Assembly (NCBI GenBank): GCA_951406725.2
Contig: OX597823.1
Coordinates: 50,406,001-50,470,000 of the forward strand
DNA: 64,000 bases
Reading direction: 5' to 3'
Source of the DNA: Octopus vulgaris
Lineage: Eukaryota
The notes under the pieces were generated by a model, which was given only the letters and a program-made list of their open reading frames with translations, had not been told where the DNA came from and did no database searches. The translations under genes and the position numbers were made by a program. Numbering within the stretch: the first letter of the stretch is position 1; every line of letters starts with the position of its first letter. This document shows positions 13,674 to 24,944 of this stretch, in pieces.

Positions 13674-13892
13674 GGGCAGCTAGCTGGCAGAATCGTTAGC
13701 ACGACAGGCAAAATTCCTACCAGTATTTCATTCGTCTTAACGTTCTGAGCTCAAATTCCACCACGGTCGACTATGCTTTTTTGTCCTTTCAGGGGCGATA
13801 AAATAGGTACCAGTTGAGCACTGGGGTCGATGTAATCGACTTAATCCTCCCCACGAAACTGCAGGCCTTGTGCCAAAATTTGAAATCAATAT
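13674..13892 (+). mobile_element. SINE family B (alternative-tail subfamily)
   Basis: B head and core with the tail ccccacgaaactgcaggccttgtgccaaaatttgaaa. Confidence 0.8.
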
Positions 13893-14889
13893 TTGTAATT
13901 AGTAATTAAGACAGCATAAATAGAATTCTTGTTTCATAAAGGTAAACATGTTAAGTACAAACCTATAGTAATCTATGACTCTGATAGCGTTTTAGCAATA
14001 TAGTATTGTAGCTATAAAAACATAAATGAGTGAAAGTAAAAGAGACTAGAATATTTTGTTGAGAAGTTTTCTGAAATCTTATTTTCTGATAGTTCCGTTC
14101 TGAAAGTAACGATGGCTTCATTATATAGGAACTAAATGACAGGAATACCTAATGACAATACAAGCCGGCATATTTCTTTCTGTGAGGATTCTTTCAATAG
14201 ACATTCAATCCGTATGTTCTTGACACTTTCTTGGCTCGGCAACTAAAGCTACTTTAGTAGCGGTTCCTTTTCTTTTCAAGTCAAAATGATGTCTCGTTTT
14301 AGGTTTGTGTTTGTTGCACAGTACAACGTGTAGCAAAAGCGAATGACTGATAAATGATAGTAAGTCTTCATTGGCTCTCAGTTTGATGTGAAGACTTGTG
14401 TTTCCACTACCAGTTTTAGGTGTTCCTGACAGCGCCAACTGAAAAGCTAATGATTAAAAATGGCTGACTAATCAAATGCAACGCAAGAATATTTAAGGAA
14501 CGTCTGTCTATGATAAAATTCGTTATAAAAATATAAATAAACAAAACTAAAATAGTATAAAAAGCTTCCCACCCAAACCCCACAAAAACGCCGGTATTTA
14601 TGTTTTCTTTAGAATAATAATTTGGAAACCACCAGAAGAGAATCAATTTTCGTGCAGTAGACACGGAGACAGTGTGACTCTACATTTTACTGTTAACTTC
14701 TATTTTTTCTCTTTCTTCGCTCGTGTATGTTTATTCTTCTGTTTTGGATTTATATTTTTAGTGTGGAATATTTATGTTTACTAACCAGCCTGCCAGCCAG
14801 CCAGCCAACCAACCAGCCAGCCAACCAACCAACCAACCAACCAACCAACCAACAAACATGTATCTATGTATGCCTGTGTGTGTGTGTGT

Positions 14890-14928
<39 letters not shown>

Positions 14929-14940
14929 GATATACACACA

Positions 14941-15540
14941 CGAGGGGGTACTGAAAAGTTTCTAACTATGGGTAAAAGAAACTACAGGAGGATTAATTAG
15001 TTAATTATGATTTTATACAACACTAGCAGTATCGCCCGGCGTTGCTCAGGTTTGTAAGGGAAATAACTATAAAGCATTTTTAGAGAGTTATAGCCAAAAA
15101 ATAGCAAAAAAATGGAAAAAAAATGATGGTAAATTTTTTTTGAGAGTTAAAAAAGGTCGAGTTGCGTCCCCTAGACAGTCTGTGGTTTGTGTTTCTGATT
15201 CTCGACCCCATGTCGAATTTATCGATTTTTTTCAGAACTGGGGGAAATTTTCAAAATTTTCGCTGCGTTAGTTTTGAATTATGACATTGGGCTATGTGTG
15301 TGTCAAGTTTCATCAGAATCGGTTGAAAGCCGTGGTCAGGGTGAGGGTACAACCTAACAGACACACAGACACACACACAGACAAACTGCCGTTTATATAT
15401 AGAGAGATATATTCCCCTCTCAGATTCACACACTTATTGCATTGGTCCTCCAGTTTTTCTAAACCCTGTAAAAGAACTCGGAAGTTTGGGCCGCCAACCA
15501 GGCCTTTCTTAAAGCCGAGGAACTTTTCAGCGCTCCCACG
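14941..15540 (-). mobile_element. Mariner-derived MITE interrupted by a Helitron
   Basis: TIRs cgagggggtactgaaaagtt / aacttttcagcgctcccacg+TA. The minus strand encodes the mariner C-terminus GLEKLEDQCNKCVNLRGEY. Confidence 0.8.
15023..15407 (-). mobile_element. Non-autonomous Helitron nested in the mariner MITE
   Basis: Minus-strand 5' TCTCTCTATATATAAA and 3' CTAG with a subterminal hairpin, an A|T target and no TSD. Confidence 0.8.
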
Positions 15541-16380
15541 TATGTATGTGTATATATATATATATGTGTGTGTGTATGTGTGTGCGTGTGTATGTGTGTG
15601 TGTGTGTGTGTGTGTGCGACGGGGTGGGGAAACACGCAGCCACATGCGCACACCTTCACACACACATGCACGCATACACGCACATATGCAAGGTCACCGA
15701 AAACAATCTTGTTTGCACGGCAAATCAAGACTGCTTTTGGACTCGCGGAGACAGGGTAAGTGGGGCCGCTCTCAGAATTTAAGGTTTAAGGTCCAAATAT
15801 ATCTCAAATCAACACACTGCGCACGCGCATTGTGTTTCACATTTATAGAGCCATATGTTGCAATGATTAATCATAACATCAATAAAAATGACAACAAAAG
15901 TCGATACGTGGTTTTTAATGAAGTATCTCAAATCGATTAGAATAATGTTTAATTGTTTAGAATCACAAACATTTCGATGTAAACTTGACATTTTCAACAG
16001 AAATTGAATTGTTATTTATAAAAAGCAGAATTTGAATGTTACGTATAAAAAAAAACAAAAAAACTCGCCTAAATTTCAATTCAGTTCATATTTGTAGAAC
16101 TGTTGACATAATTTACCATTTGAAATATCATTTATATTAAATGAAAACTTGGGAAAATTTACTTGGATCTTGTTAAAATTCTTTCAACAACTTAATGTTT
16201 TTCAAACTCTCACCAGATCTTATTTTCAAATCTTCTACAGCGATGTAACTTCTTTATTATCAATTTCCAGAAAAAAAATGAAAGTGGGTTTTCGTCATTT
16301 GCATGCAACACTATAAATAATCTGGTGAAAAATTGAAATATTTCAGGTGGTTGTGGAATGAATTTAACAAGATCCATATA

Positions 16381-16587
16381 CAGTAGTACCTCGGTTTTCG
16401 AACAACTCTGATCACGAATAAATCGTACTTTATCGCCTGTCTTTCTCATATTCATTTAATACAGTAGTACCTCGGTTAACGAACGCCTCTGATAACGAAT
16501 AAATATATCTATATCTATCTATGTAAATATATATATAAAACACGATTTATTCGCGATCAGAGTTTTTCAAAAACCGAGGTACAATTG
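16381..16587. mobile_element. Tigger/pogo-like MITE with duplicated left terminus
   Basis: TA-cagtagtacctcggttttcgaa...ttcaaaaaccgaggtacaattg-TA, with a second cagtagtacctcgg copy at about 16462. Confidence 0.8.
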
Positions 16588-17025
16588 TACTTGCCTAAAT
16601 GTAGCAATTTTAATTGGTTTAAATCTGTATAGCACCAGTATCTTTTAGTTTCACACTATTACTTTTGTAGAAGCATACCTAGATACTTACAGAGAGGTTT
16701 TACTCCATAAACTTGAAAAAGGGAGAAGAGAATATTCGTTAAAGTTTGATCTATTTTAAATTATAAAGACAGTCTTATCAGTATATATTCGTTTATATAA
16801 ATTAAAGTGAAAAAATTGTAACAAATATATCTTACTCTCGATTTTAAATGTTCCTGCTATAGCTTCTGCTGTTTTGGGGATGGATGTAAATCGATCACAT
16901 CTACGTACTAGCGTAGCCAGAGTGTGTACCGCCCGGGGAGGCCCTTCCGTTTGCCGTCTCCCCTGACCCCACAAAAAACACATTGCCTACAGCTGACCTA
17001 AAAGTGGTGCCCATTTAAAAGTGCT

Positions 17026-17993
17026 GGACCTAGTCTTTTCCATTCGCAAAATATGCATTTTTTAAAAGGAAGTAAAAAAATCTGAAAATCGGCTATAATG
17101 ATGTAGCCTTCCAGTCTCATTGCTTTGAAGGTAGATGTTGTGGGGAAAAAAATTGGTGAAAAAAGTTACAGAGGTTTAAAAATCGGAAAAACTGGGTATT
17201 TTTAGTCTATAGCGAGACAAAAATTTTCTGCGTTTAGCGGAGTGGTGTCAACTTTAAGGTTGTGCCTTGTGAATTCTTTTTAGTTTAGCGTCTGACCTGT
17301 TCATTGTAGGTTTCTAAATAAACTGAAATACTCAGTTTCATTGTGGGTTTCTAAATAAACAGAAATACCTAATAAAATCAACAGGCGCAGGAGTGGCTGT
17401 GTGGTAAGTAGCTTGCTAACCAGCCACATGGTTCCGGGTTCAGTCCCACTGCGTGGCATCTTGGGCAAGTGTCTTCTGCTATAGCCCCGGGCCGACCAAT
17501 GCCTTGTGAGTGGATTTGGTAGACGGAAACTGAAAGAAGCCTGTCGTATATATGTATATATATGTATAGGTGTGTGTGTATATGTTTGTGTTTGCCCCCT
17601 AGCATTGCTTGACAACCAATGTTGGTGTGTTTACGTCCCCGTCACTTAGCGGTTCGGCAAAAGAGACCGATAGAATAAGTACTGGGCTTTCAAAGAATAA
17701 GTCCCGGGGTCGATTTGCTCGACTAAAGGCGGTGCTCCAGCATGGCCGCAGTCAAATGACTGAAACAAGTAAAAGAGTAAAAGAGAGAGTATGTATCATC
17801 TTACTGTTTCTTTTGTCTCTTCATTGATTTTGTTATTTTCATAAAAAAAAAAAAAATTGTTATATTAATGCATTTGTCTGCATGTGTTTACTTTATGCGT
17901 ACTTCGGGATTATGTATACCTGCCATGTATTTATGTACATCATTAATATATAAGTGCATGTGTGTGTGTGTGCGTGCGTGCGCGTGCACGCGT

Positions 17994-18074
<81 letters not shown>

Positions 18075-18760
18075 TGGGTGTGTGTGAAAAGGGGGCATCT
18101 GTCTCCGGAACTCCAAAGTTGAGTAATGTTTTCATGCTTGGATTTGTAAACTACGATAAGAATAACACTGGTCAACAAAGAATTTGTCCCAAGAAAAAGA
18201 ATACCTGTATCTTATATGATTTTGCATGCAGAATTAAAAAGTAATGTCAAATTATCTGTATCACCCACAGTTTCTCTGTTCCACGATATCCCTCTCAGTT
18301 CCTGTTACGTGGGCTAAATTTCAGTTAAGCTGTTGAAATATGAAGCTAACGGTTTAAGAAATACTCCTAATATAGTTTTTTATGAATAGAATTAACCTAG
18401 TGAAATCATAAATCCAGCTATCTGAGTCAATGGGTCCCCAAAATATATGAAATGAAAATATGTAAAAGTACTAAGTGTGAAAAATCAACAAAGACAACAG
18501 CGGCACAGATACCAGTGAACCACAACATAGCGTGCGGTTGTCATGGTAACAAGCTACTAATTCCACGCTGTCTGTTGATTGGCTAAAACTATTCAAATTT
18601 CCCAACTTTAATTCCAAATAACATATGATTCTTTAATTTACGAGATAAAGTAATTGGTTGATCGTAATCAAAATTCAGAGTTGCATCGATACACCAAAAT
18701 TGAAAGCAATATGAGTAAAGTTAAGAGGGGCTCATTTTGCGAATGAGAAAGACTAGATCC
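17026..18760. mobile_element. Non-autonomous DNA transposon, Merlin-like, nested in the hAT MITE
   Basis: ~27-bp TIRs ggacctagtcttttccattcgcaaaat / attttgcgaatgagaaagactagatcc, GG...CC termini and an 8-bp TSD aaagtgct / aaagtgcc. Confidence 0.7.
17384..17790 (+). mobile_element. SINE family A, full-length
   Basis: ggcgcaggagtggctgtgtggtaag head through the tail aaacaagtaaaagagtaaaagag. Confidence 0.92.
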
Positions 18761-18823
18761 AAAGTGCCGCCCGGGGCGGACCGGCCCTACCGCCCCCACC
18801 TAGTTACGCTAGTGCATCTATGT

Positions 18824-19556
18824 CAGTGCGTAACTGGTATTTATTTCATCGACCGCCTAAAGGATGATAGACAAAATTGACCTCGGCGGAATTTGAACTC
18901 AGAACGTAAACACGGGCGATACTCTGGATTTGAATTTTTAATAAAGCGTTAAACAGTGTGTAAGAGAGATATTAGTTTCAAATTTTGACATAAGGCCAGG
19001 AGGTTCGTGGGGGAAAGGATTAGTCGATTGCATCGACTCTAAAAGCGTCAAAGGCAAAATCAACCTCAGCGGAATTTGAACTCAGAACGTGAAGGCGATC
19101 GAAATACCGCTCAGCATTTTGTCCGGCGTGCTAACGATTCTTAAATCTTTATTACCCACAAGGGGCTAAACACAAGGGGACAAACAAGGACAGACAAACG
19201 GATTAAGTCGATTACATCGACCCCAGTGCGTAACTGGTACTTAATTTATCGACCCCGAAAGGACGAAAAGCAAAGTCGACCTCGACGGAATTTGAACTCA
19301 GAACGCAGCGGCGGACGAAATACCTATTTCTTTATTACCCACAAGGGGCTAAACATAGAGGGGACAAACAAGGACAGACATAGGTATTAAATCGATTACA
19401 TCGACCCCAGAGCGTAACTGGTACTTAATTTATGGACCCCGAAAGGATGGAAGGCAAAGTCGACCTCGGCGGAATTTGAACTCACAACGTAACGGCGGAT
19501 GAAATACCGCAAAGCATCTCGCCCGGCGTGCTAGCGATTCCGTCAGCTCGCTACCC
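18824..19556 (-). mobile_element. Cluster and tandem multimer of SINE family B
   Basis: Four to five partial or complete units, with tail-to-internal junctions at about 19137 and 19320. Confidence 0.88.
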
Positions 19557-19994
19557 TATGAATGATTCATATTAGCCATTCAAAAACACACAGATATTGT
19601 TAGTTTCACTTAAACATTTATTGTATTTTTGAATGCACTTTGTACGTGTCTTTCATGCTCTAAAAGTTTTAGTTTCAACACATAGTCTCAGATCAAATCA
19701 TTTGTCTGGCATGTACACCTCCGAAACAATGAAAATCTTTTCAAAGAAATATATTTTTCAGAAGCTTGAAATATAAATTTTGATACAAAGTTTCCGCTTT
19801 GGAAACTTTACGCTTTTTTCTTTCTTTTATCAATAGCAAATTTATATTTATTCAGTGACATTCAGTGATATTTAATCGATATCACGAGGAGAAAGAGACG
19901 GATTGCATACATCAGAACATTGATTTTTATGTATGCCTTAAGTTCATAAATATAACTCGTAAAAATATGATAAATTAAATACCTAAATATACTT

Positions 19995-20750
19995 CTTTCT
20001 ACTATATGCACAAGGCCTGAAATTTCGGAAGATGGGGATAGACGATTACATTGACCCCAGTACTCAACCGATACTTATTTAATCGACCCCCGAAAGGATG
20101 AAAGGTAAAGTAAGTCTTCGGCAGAATTTGAACTCAGAATGTAAAGACGGACAAAATGCCGCTCAGTATTTTCCTCGGCGTGCTAATGATTCTGCCAGCT
20201 CGCCGCCTTAAAATATCTAAATATATTAAAATACTTGACTGTGAAAAGAAAACTTTTTGGAGAAGTGAGGATATAATTGCCACATTTGATAGCCTATAAG
20301 ATGCACTGTAAGCTACTGTCGTCCCTAACACACAACATTAAAGCTAATTTGATGCAGACGCTCTCTTGTACCTACTCTAACACAGCAATAATATTTACAT
20401 GAAAGCAAGCCTGTGGGCTGGCAGAATCGTTAGCACGCTGGGGGGAATGTTTAGCAGTATTTCGCCCGTCGCTACGTTCTGAGTTCAAATTCCGCCGAGG
20501 TCGACTTTGCCTTTCATTCTTTCGGAGTCGATAGATACCAGTGAAATACCAGTGAAACACTGGAGTCGATGTAATCGACTAATCCTCTCCCCCAAATTTC
20601 AGGCCTTGTGCCTTTAGTAGAAATGATTATTATGACTAAGGCGGCAAGCTGGCGGAATCGTTAGCACACCGGGCGAAATGCTTAGCGCGATTTCGTCCGT
20701 CTTTATGTTCTGAGTCCAAATTCTACCAGGGTCGCATTAACCTTTCATCC
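19995..20750. mobile_element. Three SINE family B copies (19995-20208 minus; 20415-20630 and 20639-20750 plus)
   Basis: Homology to the family B head and core. Confidence 0.8.
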
Positions 20751-21327
20751 GAGTGATAATATCTATCTCCACTTAAATGTGGATGTTTTTTGCAATAGAA
20801 CAGTAAGTAAAGTTTGTTGTAATAGAACATCCACGTTTAATTGGAGATAACATTACTCCACATTCATATTTACATCTCATTCATTATTTGCATTCATTTT
20901 TGTATCTTAGGATGTATGGCATACCATGCATTAATGGAGGAAAAATAGAAATGTATTCAACACCTACACTCATTTTCAAAACGAGTGAATTTTATTTTCA
21001 AGGGAAATAACTCCGTTATTTATGTGTAAGAGTTATCTTCCTTGCTTCAATATTTCTTTAGCCGATACATGATTAGTTTTAGGCTTGGAAACTTCGTTAT
21101 TCAGAGAAGAAAAAGATGATGATGAGGTGATAGTTACGACACGACCCAGCAACAAGTTGTTCACGTGGTTAAGAAAGAAAAGAAGAAAGAAAATAGGAGC
21201 AAAATTTTTTTTTCATTGAACAAAAATATTAAATAACGATTGACTTCATTCTAAGAATAAAATGTATTATACAAATATGTATATATATATATATATATAC
21301 TTTATTTTAAGCAGCAGAAAATTCAAC

Positions 21328-21375
21328 AAAATCTGTTACTCTGAGTTTCTCGTTGCCGTTCATCAGACAGTTTTT
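21328..21375 (-). ncRNA. Mirror-copy type I hammerhead ribozyme motif
   Basis: Reverse-complement copy of 21412-21459 with one substitution next to stem II. Confidence 0.72.
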
Positions 21376-21411
21376 GCTAGAATGGAATTGATATATCAGT
21401 TCCATTCTAGC

Positions 21412-21459
21412 AAAAACTGTCTGATGAACGGCAACGGGAAACTCAGAGTAACAGATTTT
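21412..21459 (+). ncRNA. Type I hammerhead ribozyme motif
   Basis: aaaaactgt-CTGATGA-A-CG(GCAA)CG-G-GAAA-CTCAGAG-TA-acagatttt. Stem I is ctgt/acag (extendable), stem II has a GNRA loop, stem III is short, and the cleavage triplet is GUA. Confidence 0.75.
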
Positions 21460-21556
21460 GTTGAATTTTCTGCTGCTTAAAATAAAGCATATTACTCTAC
21501 CACTGGTATTTGAGTACTCTTTTTTCCACCTTGTTTCACATTTATGTGTTTACTCC

Positions 21557-21598
<42 letters not shown>

Positions 21599-21599
21599 T

Positions 21600-21772
21600 A
21601 ATAAATAAAACATATGCATATATATATACATATATGTACGTACCTACCTCTACGTATATATATAGACGCATATATGAGTACAGGACAAGTAACACAAGGA
21701 AAAAAACCCTTCTTCAGTCGCCATGGTTTCATCTACTCTACGTTTCGAAGGTGAAGGCGAGACGTATCTTCG

Positions 21773-21775
<3 letters not shown>
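21600..21775 (-). mobile_element. PLE-LTR-like repeat (family of 10985-11170)
   Basis: Minus strand cttcgaaacgtagagtagatgaaaccatggcgactgaagaaggg. Confidence 0.6.
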
Positions 21776-21842
<67 letters not shown>

Positions 21843-22009
21843 GTATACATACATATATGTATATATATATATATACACACACACACACATACATACATAC
21901 ATACATACATACATACATACATACATACATACATACATACATACATACATGGCCGCAGTTTAATGACTGAAACAAAAGACAAAATATAAAAGATATATAT
22001 ATATATTAA

Positions 22010-22589
22010 GTAACTGGTACTTAACTTATCGACCCCGAAAGGTTGAAAGGCAAAGTCGACCTCGGCGGAATTTGACCTCAGAACGTAACGGCAGACGAAA
22101 TACGGCTACGCATTTCACCCGGCGTGCTAACGTTTCTTATTTCTTTACTGCCCACTATGGGCTACACGCAGAGGGTACAAACATGGACAGACAAACGGAT
22201 TAAGTCGATTATATCGACCCCAGTGCGTAACTGGTACTTATTTAATCGACCCCGAAAGGATGAAAGGCAAAGTCGACCTCGGCGGAAATTGAACTCAGAA
22301 CGTAACGGCAGACGAATACCTATTTCTTTACTACCCACAAGGGGCTAAACACAGAGAGGACAAACAAGGACAGACAAACGGATTAACTCGATTACATCAA
22401 CCCCAGTGCGTAACTGGTACTTAATTTATCGACCCCGAATAGATGAAAGGCAAAGTCGACCTCGGCGGAATTTGAACTCAGAACGTAACGGCAGACGAAT
22501 ACCGCTAAGCATTTCGGCTAGCGTGATAACGTTTCTGCCAGCTCGCCGCATTACTACTACTACTACTACTACTACAGCTGCTGCTGTTG

Positions 22590-22649
<60 letters not shown>

Positions 22650-22808
22650 GTGGTGGAGAAACACGACCGAAGGTTACTCGAGGGGGACAAACAAGGACAG
22701 ACAAAGGGATTAAGTCGATTACATCGACCCCAGTGCGTAACTGGTACTTAATTTATCGACCCCGAAAGGATAAAAGGCAAAGTCGACCTCGGCGGAATTT
22801 GAACTCAG
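22010..22808 (-). mobile_element. SINE family B tandem trimer, a (CTA)n tract (22552-22650) and a further B fragment
   Basis: Repeated B units with junctions at about 22131 and 22318. Confidence 0.9.
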
Positions 22809-23319
22809 AGCATTTACTTTCGTTTCTGTCAACGCTTCATAATTCCTTTAACACAGTGCCGATCACCTCCACTTCCATGGTATCGACATCATTACGATGA
22901 CATCATATGTTGACACTGCCCATTCAAGAGTCCTAAACTTCGTTTGTAATATTCTAACTCCAGCCTGTACATTTAGAAAAGACGAGAGAGGATGCACTGA
23001 TAGGCGGACTACCGAGCAAGTGAGCTTGGAAGCGAGTTCGAAACTTCCTACTTTTGGAACTGATACTTTATCTTATTGAGCTCGGAGGGATAAAAAGTAA
23101 AGTTGACTTCAGCGAGATAAGAAGAATCAAATACCAAAGATTTCAAGTCTTTTCTTCATCTTAGGTTATCGAAACTAAATATCAGAGTGGATAATTTATT
23201 TTAAAAAATCAAACCAGAATGTTTTATAAGGATTTGGGGTAAAACACTGAAGTACTCTATTCAGTATCGTTTTTTTCTCCTCTTACTGCTGATAATACGT
23301 ATTAGAAATACGAATCAGA

Positions 23320-23910
23320 ACATTCTGGGTTGGAAAATGTACCTAGATTTTGGCAATAGATACTAGATTTTTCTGTGCAAATGTACCTTGCAGCTGGCAT
23401 TAAATATTAGCTTTTCTATGAAAGGCACCTAACTGTTGGCAATGACGTTTCTGTGCAAAGGTACCTTTTGGCAATAGTTACTAAACCTCTAATGTGAAAA
23501 TGTACCGATATATTAGCAATAAATTTCAGATTGTTCTTGGTTGCGAAATGTACCACGCTTTTGACATTAAATACCAACCATTTCTAGGAACGATACCAAG
23601 TTGTTGCCAGTAAGTATCAGTCCTTTTGCGGGTCTGGGAAATGTACCCAGCTTTTGGCATTAGGTACCAAACATTTTGGGAAAGTACTTAGCTACTGAGA
23701 ATAGGTACCAGACTTTTTCTGGGTTGGGAAGGGTACCTAACTTTTGGCTATAGATATCAGATTTTTCTGCATACAGGTACCTAGATATTGACAGAAGATA
23801 CAAGGTTTTCTGTGCAAACTAACCAAGACTTTGCAATTAGGTGCCAGACATTTTGAGGGCTGGAAACGGATCCTAGTATTTGAGAATATGTATCAGGTTG
23901 TGTAACCCAG
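23320..23910. repeat. Highly diverged tandem array (~21-25 bp monomers, core gtacc..g..tttggcaatag)
   Basis: The gtacc/gatac motif recurs regularly, alternating with tttctgtgcaaa and ttggcaatag blocks. Confidence 0.7.
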
Positions 23911-24634
23911 AATATGTAAAAAAAATAAAAAAAAAACACGGAAATGAAAAGGACCTTACTGGCTCAATACAACCCAGAATGAGATGCTCGGTATTGATTT
24001 ACCTTAAAATGAGTTGAGCAACTGTACATCACAGCGCTTCTAAAAGGTTGCTCTAACAACATTTTAAATGACTAGGAAAAAGAAGTTGGTTTCGCTAGCT
24101 TATTTGTTCAGTAACAAAAACTAATGATTGCAAATGATAATCGGAAAAGTCGTTCTGTTTCTTATTTTTCTGTTACAAATACAGACTGAATCATTCTATA
24201 AATTAGATAAAAGAACTTCTTGACCATATGAACAGATCAGAGAGCAGACACTGGTGATAACTGATTTAATTTAAGTTTAAGCTCTTGTGTCAATGACTTC
24301 ATGCCAAAATTTCCTACAAATTCACTGCGATTTAACGTACTTTAATAATTATTTCTACTATGAGCACGAGGCCTGAAATTTGTGTTGGGGAGCGACTCAG
24401 TTACACCAAATCCAGTGCTCAGCTGGTACTTATATTTATTGACTTCGGAAAGGGTGAAAAGCAAAGTTCTACTTCGGTGAACTCAGGACGTATAGCCGGA
24501 AGAAATATTGCTAAGCATTTTGTCCGGCGCGGTAACAATTTTACTAGCTCACCGTTTTCTACTATGCGTTAATAAAGTATCATTTTCTAGTTGATTTTGA
24601 AGTAAATAATTTTATTAATTTATTACAAGTTAAT

Positions 24635-24944
24635 GTAGTGGAGGCGCGTGGCATAGTGGTTAGGGTGTCAGCACCATGATCGTAAGATTGTGGTTTCGAT
24701 TCCTGGACCGGGCGACGCGTTGTGTTCTTGAGCAAAACACTTCATTTCACGTTGCTCCAGTCCACTCAGCTGGCAAAAATGAGTAACGCTGCGATGGACT
24801 GGCGTCCCGTCCAGCTGGGGAACACTGCGATGGACTGGCGTCCCGTCCAGCTGGGGAACACATACGCCATAGAAACCGGGAAACCGGGCCCATGAGCCTG
24901 GCTAGGCTTTAAAAAGGGCGCATTTATTTATTTATTTATTTTTA
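24635..24944 (+). mobile_element. tRNA-derived SINE family C (head C + tail 1) with a 36-bp internal duplication
   Basis: A box tggcatagtgg, B box ggtttcgattcc, (TTTA)n tail and a 13-bp TSD attacaagttaat (24622-24634 / 24945-24957). Confidence 0.92.

Larger units (their letters stand above)
16906..18814. mobile_element. hAT-like MITE expanded by nested insertions
   Basis: TIRs tactagcgtagccag / ctagttacgctagtg and an 8-bp TSD catctacg (16898-16905) / catctatg (18815-18822). Confidence 0.8.
21300..21487. mobile_element. 188-bp near-perfect palindrome (inverted PLE pseudo-LTR) inside (TA)n
   Basis: Centre gata|tatc at 21393/21394. The arms differ at two positions by my reading, and (TA)n lies on both sides (to 21299 and from about 21559). 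Confidence 0.9.

Noticed and set aside
24639-24715. tRNA-like sequences with A/B boxes (also 48850-48925 and 57655-57725)
   Set aside because: They are SINE heads with no complete cloverleaf, and they continue into SINE bodies with TSDs.
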